This document shows positions 24,212-35,959 of a DNA stretch of 64,000 nt, in pieces. Made by a program: the position numbers and the translations under genes. Each line of letters opens with the position of its first letter. The first letter of the stretch is position 1. This DNA is from Eledone cirrhosa (taxonomy: Eukaryota): assembly GCA_964016885.1 (NCBI GenBank), contig OZ024740.1, positions 59,706,001-59,770,000 on the forward strand. The letters run 5' to 3'. The notes under the pieces were generated by a model. That model saw nothing but the letters and a program-made list of their open reading frames with translations, searched no databases and had not been told where the DNA came from.

Positions 24212-26573
24212 TATAAATGTGATAGGCTTTTTACAGTTTTCATTTTCGATTTTCACTCACATTGATCAGCCCAAAGCTATATTAGAAGACACTTAGCCAT
24301 AGAGCCATGTCTGTATATCATCATCATTTTATGTACATTTTCATGCTCATATGGATTGAATTGGTCATCTTGGTCCAAGACAAGACATGGTCAGATAATC
24401 ACATCTTCCTCATATGTTCCAACATAAAACTGATACAATAATATATTATATTTTAATATTATAAATCAATATTATAATGTAGCCAATCCACCTCATAGAT
24501 TCTTTTTTTACATTTCTGCAATCCATTGATCCATGCTAGCATTGATAGAGATAAAACTTCGAGTAGCAGAATTTTGGATCCCAGTAATCATTTTTCTGTG
24601 AAGAATAAGTGAAACCTGTTGTCAGTCAAACAAACTGAGACAAAGTTATGTGCTTTTTTTAGAGCTATGGTATAATGACTGCAATAAAGTTTGAACAATG
24701 GAAAAAAATATTTATCTAACAGTCATTACTTCTTGAAGTTGATAGGAGGCTAGAAAGTTCTCCATACTTTGTTGTAAATTAATGAGTGTGAAGACAAATT
24801 TATGAGCAAGTTTCAAAATGCAGTAGTTCATTATATGACATTAAAATTATAGAGATATTTTGATAAGACAAACTGATCAAAAATTATACTTACATAAATA
24901 TATGTGTGATGTTCGTGTGTGTTATAATTATTTTGTAGTTCATGTTCTTGTTGATAATATTTTTAAAAGTTTAAAATATTAATGATTGTATATGTTTTAG
25001 TCTTAGATATTTTCGAAGTTAAAAAGCTTTTTTCTTTTATCTGAGCAATGGAAACTTTACATGTGAATGGTTGTGTGATATAATTGAAAATCATGTTATT
25101 AACATGATAATGTCTTAAAGTAGTTGTAAATTTTAAAATAAAGAACAAAAATCTAAATAGGAGTCCAAATAGAAAACAATATTATCATAGAAAATATTTA
25201 TTTGAACACATAATCAGTGCAAAAGATGGAGAACAGATCCCATATATATGATAAAGCCAGTAGGGAATTGATCATTAAGTGATTGTAAAATATCAACAAC
25301 TGTCTTTTTTTAATATTGCATCTAATATGGGAGTATAATGCAGGAAAGTTTCCTCTGCATATATCAAAATAATATAGCATCCAAGATTCAATACTACAAA
25401 TTAGTGAAAGCTCAACAATCTCATAAATAAAGGGAAATATTTGGCCTAGCTGTTGCATAACAGCTAATTTGCTATTCCATCCTATATCTTCTTGCCAATC
25501 TAAAATCATTTCTTTCTCTTTTCATCATTACTTGTTTGCAATATCTAAAGATAGTTCTTGGAAATATACATAATATCTTCTAATTATAGCTTTACTCAGG
25601 GCAAGCCACGAGAACTGTGCTAATTCACTCAACTTTTATATGAATATTTAATAACATAATTTCATTTCAAGAAAAATGAAAAGAGAAATCTGAAATGCCT
25701 GTAAGTTACAGCATACGTGAGTTTCAAAATAAGCACACAAATATTTAACATTTGTAAAAGTTAATTTAATATATAATTCGTGATATATGTCTAGTAAAAC
25801 ACACCTCACTTAATAAAAGATTTACAGCAGTCTTAAACATATGGCTTCAACAAATGTTCATCACATTCAATTAAACACATATGACACCTTTGAAAATATG
25901 TTGTACGTCAACTGGAATGTTATTTGACAGTAGCTAAAATATATTTATATTCGACTAATTAAATACATAAAGCATCCAGTGACATAATTTACTGCATGTA
26001 GATAAATATTATGGTTACAATATGTTTCATATAAAGTTAAATAAATTGATAAATTTGTATCATACTTATATGTTTGTTTTAGTTTGTTTGGATCCATAAC
26101 TCCTGATGGAGTTGTAGGGGTGCTACAGTGACATACAGCATGTCTCTTGGGTATTTTAAACCTGGTGGAGCCCCTCTCTTCTCCATGTCAGAGCACAACC
26201 CATAACTGCCTGCCATTCCAGTCTTCCACTAATGCTAAGGAGCAGGATGTTTGCAAAAATATTTTTAGACACTTGAAGAGATCTGGCTACTCTGCTCCAG
26301 TTGTAACATAGATGGTCACTAGTCTGAAGGTAGAACCTCTGCTGCCACTCACATTGAGTACCACCAACTTCCTGTCCATGGCTGGGGAGGTCATTTTGTG
26401 GTTTGATGTTCAAGCTATTTCGAAACAACACAGCCTTCCTGTTGCCCAAACTTAGCTGACAATAAGATATGTACTCATTGTAGTCATTTAAGATAGACTG
26501 TACCTGTAATCCAAAGGGCTAGGCTTGTCACACGATACTGTGTTACATTGAATCACCTTGAAAATTACGTTAA

Positions 26574-26783
26574 CCCTTTAACATTTAAACCAGCCATATC
26601 CAGCCAGAATTCTCTCCCCTCTTTAAGTTCAAACCAACTGTAACCAGCCACTCATATTAATGTAAGGTATTGTTCTCAAAATAAATAATATCAAAATCTC
26701 ATAGATTCAATATTGTGTGAGATAATTTTGACATTACCGTGAAAATATAATAGTAAATATGGAGTAATGTAAATGCTAAAGTG
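26574..26783. mobile_element. piggyBac-like MITE
   Basis: TTAA-CCCTTTAACATTTA ... TAAATGCTAAAGTG-TTAA. Reverse-complement homologue of 63555-63760. Confidence 0.75.
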
Positions 26784-27389
26784 TTAATTAAGGGTACATG
26801 TATCCAGACATTTAAATGTGAATTTCTGAAGCAGATTATTCCTAAACAACTACCTAAATGATATTTGGTACTATAGCACCAACAACTCCTACAATAACAT
26901 TATACATAGTTGCCATCCATTAATGTAAAATGAACACAGCACATATTATACACAATCACCACCCAACACTAAAACACATAATACAACCTATATATCACAT
27001 AATGTACACAACCACCTGCCAACACTAAATTACATAACACAAAACATACTCTGCACCAGAGACAAAACACTAGAGTAACACCAGAAACAACAAATCAAAT
27101 CCCATAACAAAGCAAATCTTATGTAGCATTACAAACACAATTCTACATTGACAAAATATAATACTACATAAACTTCAGTGTCTAGTAGTTTAGTAGGAAC
27201 TCACATAAAACTGTTGATAACATGTTAGTGAAGAAGAAGAAGAAGAAGCACAAATTCCTAAAATACAGTTTTAAACAATGTAAAATATTTTTACTTAACA
27301 TTTTGCCATGCTTTATTCTAGCACATGAAATGTTTTATAATAGATATGGCAGCCCTTTTGACACAAGAATAAAAGATAAAAAAAAAAGA

Positions 27390-27815
27390 AAAACTACTAC
27401 AAGGATCTCAAATATGAAGTCCTGAAAGTATGGAGGGGTGAAGTAAAATAAGGTAATATTGGTACCAATAATTATAGGAACCCTGGGATGTGTAATAGAA
27501 AATCTTACAAAATATTTGCAACAAATTGGATTTGATCTTGGTATAGAGCCTGTACAAAAAGCATGCCTACTTGGCTATGCCAGGATAATTAGAAAAGTGA
27601 TGGAGACCATCTAGAAGAGTAAAAAGCAAATCTTACCATTTTAAGCTCCAAGATGAAGCCTGATGGTAAGAAGAAAAATACTTGTTTCTACTTTTTGGCA
27701 CAAGGCCAGCAATTACCCAGTACATTACTGGTACTTTATTTTATCGACCCCGTAAGAAGAAAAATACTGGTAGTTAACATAAACACTGTGCAATGATGAA
27801 GATAACATTTAATAA
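27390..27815 (+). mobile_element. R4/Dong-like 3' relic, divergent family
   Basis: Translation gives YKDLKYEV..VPIIIGTLG..VQKACLLGYARIIRKVM, matching the RLE C-terminus. An A/T-rich tail follows. Confidence 0.65.
27683..27751 (-). mobile_element. 5'-truncated Nin-type SINE with 17-bp target-site duplication
   Basis: GTAAGAAGAAAAATACT occurs at 27666-27682 and 27752-27768, flanking ggcacaaggcc...ctggtactttattttatcgacccc. Confidence 0.75.
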
Positions 27816-27822
27816 AAATAAA

Positions 27823-28045
27823 AATAATGGTTTCTGATTTAAGCACAAGGCCATCAATTTTAGAGGACAGGAAAGTCGATTTGAATGACCCAGTGCATTA
27901 CTGGTACTTTATTTTATTGACCCTGTAAGGATGAAAGGCAAAGCTAACCACGGCGAGATTTGAACACAGAACGTAAAGGGCCATAATTCTATGTTGCAAG
28001 GCATGTTGTCCAACGCTCTAACGATACTGCCAATCCACCGCCCTT
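27823..28045 (-). mobile_element. Full-length tRNA-derived Nin-domain SINE
   Basis: Minus strand has A-box TGGCAGTATCGTTAG, B-box GTTCAAATC, Nin-like GCCTTTCATCCTTACAGGGTCAATAAAATAAAGTACCAG, and tail CCTTGTGCTTAAATCAGAAACC-ATTATT. Confidence 0.8.
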
Positions 28046-28491
28046 AATAAGAAAAATAATGCACTTGAAATAAGACATGTCACATAAATGAGATTACAAA
28101 ACATCTATAAATATACATATATGCATAGAAAACCAAGCCAAAAAGCATATGAGCAAGATGTAGTACTCTGAGCTGTTAAACCTCATAATGTGACAACCCA
28201 TTTAACCCAGCAAGCATGTAAAATAAGTGTTAAACACACACACACACACACACATGCTTACGCACATGCTCAAGTATAGCTCTTTTTACAAAACGATTTT
28301 TTTTCCATTTCAGGTAGACGTGCTCCATCATCCACTTTTCTAAAAAATAAATCATACACAAAACGCCAGCACCAACAGTTTTGCAAGAGATGTCAACATG
28401 AATGGACCTGTTATTTTTATCTAAAGACATTTTTTCCAATTCCATCCCGCCCGCCCTCTTAATCTATTTTATTTCTCATTCTTTCTTCTAG

Positions 28492-28545
<54 letters not shown>

Positions 28546-28787
28546 TTTTCTTTATTAACCACAAGGGTTTACATAAAGTAGACATTAAGGACAGTACAGG
28601 ACAATACAGGACGGTACAAATGGGCATTTCTGCGTGTAAAAAACAGAGGATGTAATAAAATAACAAAGAAAAATTCCCCAATAGGGGGGAGACTTCCGAG
28701 GGACATTTGTGGAGAAAGCCCATTAAAAAGGCCACAGTGACCCTGACCACCAGGGCAAGTGCCCTCTCCCAGTTTTCCACATTTAAT

Positions 28788-31700
28788 TTACAGACACATA
28801 CTCAGAGTAGGCCCATTCACTCGGGACATACTTGCTTCTCTCACCCATCTTTCAACAAAATGCTGGGAAGAGAGCATTTCCCTCTCTACCCTGATTTTCC
28901 TTTTCAAATGAAATTTGAAAAAGTTAATTAGGGCATCACCGAAGAGGTAAGTGCTCGTCTTCAGCCCTTTCAAACGTGTCCACCATACTATCTCTTTCGC
29001 CATGGCCACCAGACAGATAAAAACTGCTTGCCCTTCCCCGCTAAAGGAAGAGGGTGGGGCAATCCTCACGATGGACTCAGCTGATAGCTGGATCCGTCCT
29101 ACACGTGACAGCAGGTGTTCGACATAAACCCACAAGTCAGCAAATCTCGGACACTGGACAAGTGCGTGCAGGACGGTTTCGTCGACCTGCGCGCATCTCG
29201 GACATGCCCGGCTGACGGCACCTCCATGCCTGTAGAGTTTATCCCGAACTGGCAAAGCTCCTCGGTAGCACTGCCAAGCCAGGGATTTCTGGAAGTTGTC
29301 CATAGGCCCCGGCCCGAAAGTCCTTCCGAAGAGATTGACTAGTTGATTTTCGTCGACGCCTAGAGTTTCTCCAAGTACGTCGTCGCTCTTCCTCTCCACT
29401 AATCCTCTATAGAACGCCAAGGTGGAGTTTCCACCGATCACATTGCCCGATTGGTCGAGGGCTGTGAGCGCCTGAAGACATGAAAGTCTCCAAGCGCTCC
29501 CTCTCGGTCTTCGCTTGACTCAGGACTGCAGCTCCGTCAAGGAAACGAGCTGGGGAAAGACGTGTCTAGCAAACGGCGACCACACCTGATCACCGTCGAG
29601 GAAGAGGTGGAGATGTCGTAGCCTGAGCGCGTGGCTGGGCATGATCAGTCACGGCATGCCCAGTCCTCCACGTAGCGGGTGTTGACAGCAGATGGACCGC
29701 CTGACCATCGGAGCGCGTCCCTTCCACAAAAAGCGAAAGAGCAAACGCTCCAGCGCAGTCAGGCGGGACTTAGGACAAGGTACGACAGTCAGGCGGTAGT
29801 AGATAACGGACGCGATGTACGCGTTAGCCACCTGCGCTCGACCTTTCAGGGATAGCTTCCTCTCCGCCTATTTCTGGATGAGAGAAGCCACCCTGCTCGT
29901 CACCTCGTCCCAGTTTTTGTCCGTCTGGAGGTCAGACCGAACCAGACCCCTAGCAAGTTAACCGGTCCGTCCGTCCAGCGCCCGACGACGCTGATGGACG
30001 GCATGGACCTTCCTCTCCAGGTGCCGAGCTGCAGGCCCACTGACTTTTCCTGGTTGATCATTGCTCCTGTCACCGCTTCGTATTCTCTTAGTGTAGTGCC
30101 GATCGCCTCGATGTGTTTGGTGTTCGACACCACTACGGTGACATCGTCCGTATATGCTGACACGGATCTTCCACATCCTAGTTCGCGCGGGACCCCCCTC
30201 AACGTCTCCAGTTTGTGCAGTAATGGCTCGAGAGTCAATACGTACAAGAGGGACGAGAGGGGACATCCTTGGCGGACCGAGCGCATGATGTTGAACGGTT
30301 CTGAAAGGTGACCGTTCACTCTCATCACAGAGCAGATGTCGCTGTGCATGGCAGCGATCCAGACTCTGAAGACGGGCCCAAAGCCAGCAGCCCTCAGGAC
30401 TGCCGCTAGGTAACGATGGTCGACCCTATCGAAAGCTTTCGACTGATCTAAATTGATCAAGGACCCACCCGTGCCAGGTTCCCTAGCTACCCTCTCTACG
30501 ATGTATCGCATGAGGTGGAGGTTGTCGTGGATGGATCTGTCGGGAATGGCGCACGTCTGCGCCTCTCCCACCAGACCACCAACGACAAGCGCCAACTTCT
30601 TTGCTAGCACCGTGGCCAAAATCTTGAACTCTGTGTTTAGCAGTGTTATGGGCCTGAAATTATCTATGTTATCCTCCTTGTTCGGATCCTTTCTCAGCAG
30701 CGCCAGAGCTCCTCGGCTCACAGAACTGGGAATTCTCCCTTTCTGTTGCCAGTTGCAGTAGACGTCCGCCAAGAGGCCTCCGAACAAGTCTGGCATCTGT
30801 ACGGAAAGTTCATAGGGCAGACCATCCAAACCAGGCGATTTACCCCTTGTGCAGCCAGTCATTGCCTCCTGTACTTCAGCGGCTGTTATCGGCTTCTCGC
30901 AACACTCCGCCTCAGTGGCCGAGAGCCGCGGCAGTCCGTCGATGTAGACACTAAAGTCCATCCCTCGATCCGGCCCGCCGCTGCCCCCGAACAGCTGTGC
31001 GAAGTGTCGTTGAAAAGCTTCACACATTTTCCCGGGATCGAGTAGCATGCGCCCGTCGTGGTCCACCAAAGACCGGATCGTGGCTTTGTTGCCACGACGC
31101 ACCTCCGCCACTCGGGCCCATTGAACGGCTTTCGTCCCCACGTGTCTGAGAGCACGCACCCTAGCTCTGCCAATGCAGCCTTCGTGCTTTGCATTGAAGA
31201 ATTGGTCAAGGGCTAATTTCGCCGCAAGTATGTCGGTCGCGCTGCCTTTTCTAAGCGCCTCGTCTAATTTTCTAACTAGTTCTCCCTCTGCTCTATTTTT
31301 CTCTATTGCTAAAGTCTTACTAAACCTAATGGACTCTATTATAATTGCTTTTTTCAGAGCAAACCACCACTTGTTGTTGACGATGGCCCCCGTCAACGCT
31401 CGCTTAACTAGTTCGCTAATCCTGTCTCTGTAGGCCTTGCGCGCTGGTAAGGACGCGTTTAGCTTCCAGTAGCCGGGTCCTCGTCTATGAAGCCTATCTA
31501 AGTCAAGCACACAGATCACGAATTTGTGGTCCGTGTAGCTGACTATCTTGAATTGTGGACAGCCTATGCTAGACCTATCTATTTCCCTACAAAATACTCT
31601 ATCTAGATATGATCTGGATGACCCTATGCGATTTGTCCAAGTCCACATTGGCACATTCGGGAAATCCAATCGGTATCTGTCAGACAGTTCAAAACGCCTG

Positions 31701-32206
31701 AGCAGGTTGGTGAGACTCTTGCACCCTCCTCCCCTATCCACTAATCCCACACAGTCCCAGCGTGCATCTAAGATCCCGTTCCAGTCGCCCACTAACACTA
31801 AAGAGTGGGACGTTCCAAGAAAGGTCTCCAGACGCCGGAAGAAATCAGGCCGCCCTGCTCCTGTCGGGGCATAGACGGCCACTATCCTGAAAGCTTGCCC
31901 GTCTCCGCTGGTCACGTCCAGCACCACCAACTTACCTTCTGGGTCCAGAAAGATGAGCCGTATGGCAAGATCCAAACCTCTCCGAAAAAGCACAGCAACT
32001 TCTCGCCCCGATCCCGGACGGCTGGGAGATGCGTACACATCGTAGCCGGCGAAGATCGGTGCGAAGGCCCGTGCTTCGGAGATTCTGGTCTCGCTGATGG
32101 CCACTATATCTATGTTTAGTGACGTGAGGTCGTTGAGCAGGTGGCCCTGCTTCCATGACGACCCCAAGCCACGCGCATTTATACTGCCTATTCTGAGTGA
32201 GGTCAT
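28788..32206 (-). pseudogene. Tx1 ORF2 (APE + RT + zf); 768 aa intact, then frameshifts and stops
   Basis: Motifs SINARG, ISETR, VGDWN, SYLDRV, TDHK, WKLN, KSPGLDGLP, FRPITLLN, DQSKAFDRVDH, VRQGCPLS and AYTDD. Continues in ORFs 29649..29831 and 28788..29441. Confidence 0.88.
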
Positions 32207-32240
32207 GTTGAAATGGAGTGGAAAAGATGGGAAAGACCAC

Positions 32241-34174
32241 TTACCTTACTTCTCGTAGAGGAAGGACGGTTTCTCCATCCTTTTCACTGCTTGTGGCCTC
32301 CTCAGGAAGGATGTCCTTATAAATCCTCCTGGAGAGTGCTTGTCGGAAGTCTCCGATGTCTTTGGGAAATTTTTGTTTCAGTGTCATGTACGTTTTCTGT
32401 GTGATGCGAGTGATTTGTATGTGTGGAAGTGGTGTGAACTTTTGGGTTGTTGTGTAGTCTTTTTCTGTGATGCTGGTGTTGTGTTGGATGTAGTGTAATA
32501 ATTGGTTGTTCAAATTTAATTCTGTGTAGTGTGTATCGTTTTGGTTGTTTTGTTTTGTTTGCGTTTGTTGTGGGTTTGTTTCTGTTTCGCATTTTGGTGA
32601 CTTTTGTGGTGTAGGTGATGGTGGTGTTGGGGTTAATGATTGTGATGGTGTTGGAGATGCTGGTGTGGATGGTGGCATGTCTGTCCTAACTTTTTTGTTT
32701 GATAGTTTATTTGTTTCCCTCTGTATTTTGTTTTTGGAGGGGAAAGGAAGAGAATTTTTTCTTTTTTGTTTCTTTTTTTCTTTTTTCCTGATACCGTTTC
32801 CCACTCCTCGTCGTCACATATCTGTCTCCAGTTGTGATAGGCCGGGGAGTGGAAAATCCTCCACAGGCGTTAGTTTTGGTTGTGGCGTGGTGGATGGTGT
32901 AGGCGCTGGTGCTAGTTCTGGCGCGTTGGGTGGTGGTGGTGTTGGTTTTGCTACTGTTTCTGGGGTTGTTGCTGTTACAGTTGCTTCTGTTGTTGCTGCT
33001 ACAGTTATTACTGCCATCTCTGCTGCTGCTGGTGTTGATGGTTGAGTCCCTGGGGTGGGTAGGAGAGGTGGCCTCAACCTTTTAGCCTGAGGGCAGAAAG
33101 CCCTTAGGTGGGTTCCTTCACCACAAACGACACACCTAGGCCTTCTGCCCTCGACAATTACGGTGAGGTGGCTGCCGTCAGTGAGGTCTATTACCTCTGG
33201 GATCTCCTCAATGCTTTTTTGGTCCGCTTGGATCAGGAGCTCCATCCCAGATACGGACCAGTTCTCCTGCTTTTCTTTCGCTATTTCGATTATCTTGGTG
33301 TTGGCTTCGATGCCGGCGAGGACGGCAGCTATTAGCCAGGGAATTTCGATGGCCGGTGGAACGTGGGTGACCCTGATCTTTACGAGTCTCTGGCCACAAT
33401 AGCTTGGGACGAGTGTGAAGTCGTCATTTCTAAATGGGGTCATGGAGTGTTCTCTAGCCTCCTGTGGTGTTTCAAAGAACACGTCAACGGTTCCATACTT
33501 CTGCCCACGTCTGATGTGGGTTTTTTTTACCCACACATGTCCCAAAGCTTTTGGGATTTGGGACTCGGATGCCCGTTCCACTCGGCGCGATTTTATATTA
33601 ATTGTTCGATAAGACACGGTGCATAGGCGCCGATGCTCCATTTTATTAGGTGTGTGTGTGTGGGGGGGGGGGGGGGACCCTGTACCCATCTTTCTTTACC
33701 ATTTTTTTGGCTTCTAATTCCTCCTGAGTTACCTGAAATGCTTCGCACTGTTTTGCTACTCTGGCAAACTCAGGGTGGTTTTCTTAATGTCATTGTTGCT
33801 GTTGTTGTTATCGTTATTTTTGTTATTATTAATTTTAGTTTCAGTTGTGGTGGTGGTGGCGTCAGTGGTGTTCGGTGTGGAAGAGTTCATTTTGGTTGAA
33901 TTCATTTCGACATCACGAGTTAATTTATTTGTTTCTTTTGTTTCTGTTGTCGCGCTGGTGGTGGGGTGGTGGTTGTCGCGGTGGTGGTGGTGGTGGCGGC
34001 TTTAACACCTGCAGTCATTGGTAATGGCGGGAAATGAATGTCTGCCTGAGACAATTTTAAAATATTGCTACTGCTTATATTTTTTTTAGTGTTGGCAAAC
34101 GTAGTAATATTTACAATGGTGGTGTCGGTGTGAGGTGTTAGTTTGTGAGAAAGGAGTGACTCTGAGTCAGCCAT
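32241..34174 (-). pseudogene. Tx1 ORF1 (CCHC knuckle, low-complexity P/T tracts), frameshifted
   Basis: Pieces 33920..34174, 32814..33689 (RPRCVVCGEGTHLRAFC) and 32241..32804. Homologous to 58652-60796. Confidence 0.75.
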
Positions 34175-34410
34175 GATATTTCAAAGAAAAATTTTTGTTT
34201 GATAATTATAAAAGTTTAAATTCTGGGCTCACGGCCCCAATCTTTTTGGGTGTCCTTTTCAGATAACAATATAAGTGCACTTATATACAGTTAACAATAA
34301 AATTTTCCATGAATGGCAATTTTGAACAACTAAAAATAACTAACCTTTGCGGAGCTCACGATGATACGATTTACTACGTAGGTCGCCAATAATAATAATA
34401 ATAATAATAA

Positions 34411-35537
34411 ACTCGTTTTGAAACACGAAAGCATCAAAAGATCATACTCCATTGCAAAAGATGCACAAAGATACAGTAATGGACTACACATTTCAGAAGT
34501 CCCATTTATTATTGAAATGGAAAACACAGAAAAAGCAAAGCAGGTAAAAGTAACTGCAAAGAAAGAACTGCTACAGAAACTGGCTAAGAAATGGCAAGAA
34601 AAGCCTCTGTATGGAAAATACCCAGAAAGAGCTAACAATCCTGATGTTGACAAAACTTTAACCCATCAGTGGTTGGCATCCTCTGGACTGAAATCAGAGA
34701 CTAAAGGACTGATTATATCAGCACAAGATCAGTGTCTGCCAACAAAAAATTACCAAGCCAACATAATAAAAAATGGATGCAACCCATTATGCCGTGTATG
34801 TAAAAAACAACCAGAGACCATTGATCATATGATTTCAATGTGCAGTCCTATAGCTCCAACCGAATACCTAAACAGGCATAACAGAGCTGCACAATACATA
34901 CATCGGTATGATAATGTGTAAACATTTTGACCTGCCCCATCAAAAGAATTGGTGGGAGCATCAACCACCTCCCATACTTGAAAAAGATCACATCTCAATC
35001 TTGTGGGACTTTAGCATCCAAACAGACCGAAAAATAGATGCAAATAGACCTGATATAATACTGAAGGACTTTAAAAAGAGGGCATGCCTGCTAATTGATG
35101 CCGTTCCAATAGACAAGAATAGACGAGAATTGATGCCGTTCCAATAGACAAGAATGTATCTATAAAAACATTTGAAAAATTGAACAAGTATAAGGACCTG
35201 GAGATAGAAATTGGAAAAATATGGAAATTGAGAACTAAAACAATACCAGTAGTTGTAGGCCCTCTAGGAATGATACCTAAGGGGTCTAATGATTACTTAT
35301 CGCAAATCCCAGGAAACCCGCGTATAGGAGAAATACAAAAGATAGTACTAATGGGAACTGTCCATATACTAAGGAAGATTCTGTCAATATAAGTACATCA
35401 CAAGTCTAAACAACTAAAGACGCATGTGTGTGTATGTATGTTCTTTCTTGAACATGGCGGACCGTGTTGTCTCTTGAGGACACTGGTTGTGACCTGGTGA
35501 TAACTCGTATGAACATAAAGCAAGATAAATGCAACTC
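34411..35537 (+). mobile_element. R4/Dong 3' fragment (same family as 95..2596) between two (TAA)n tracts
   Basis: ORFs 34418..34921, 34908..35147 and 35180..35392 are near-identical to the C-terminus of the 833-aa ORF. (AAT)n lies at 34388-34410 and (TAA)n at 35538-35605. Confidence 0.92.
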
Positions 35538-35600
<63 letters not shown>

Positions 35601-35731
35601 TAATAAATGTGAAGACTAAAATCCAAAGAGGGCTCAATAAGGATAAATATATATCAAATATATAAAAACCCTAGAGCAAATATATATATTTTAATAAATA
35701 TATATATATATTTATTAAAATAACAGATTAA

Positions 35732-35782
35732 TGTTTAAGCAAAGAATCGCTGCTTTCACCCTTAACGGGATCTTCTGAAACT
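35732..35782 (-). ncRNA. Hammerhead-fold with variant core CAGAAGA (inverted pLTR copy)
   Basis: Reverse complement of the 37810-37860 motif. Confidence 0.5.
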
Positions 35783-35959
35783 AACAAAGTCAATCTGTAA
35801 ACGCAGAAGTGGATATTTCAAAAAACGTTGCAACCGGAGGAAGACAGGAAGAAGATACTTTGGTTCGTGGAAACGTTCCCTGGCAAAGAACGTGAAAAAA
35901 GGAATATAATACGTCATTAATAGGAGCGGTGAAAAACAATTACACGCAAAGACAGAACC

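Larger units (their letters stand above)
28543..34387 (-). mobile_element. Tx1-clade (L1 superfamily) LINE, near full length, copy 1
   Basis: ORF1 with a CCHC knuckle. ORF2 with APE, RT and a C-terminal zinc motif (CPRC..ETVLHALVQC). AATAAA near the 3' end. (ATT)n at both ends. Confidence 0.9.

Noticed and set aside
25198-25509. 103-aa minus-strand ORF in unique AT-rich DNA
   Set aside because: No recognisable motif or clear splice pair; cannot be supported as an exon.
34330-34387. Donor-like motifs near both Tx1 5' ends (AAG|GTTAGT, AAG|GTATTG)
   Set aside because: No convincing acceptor before ORF1, and the UTRs are unrelated; too weak.
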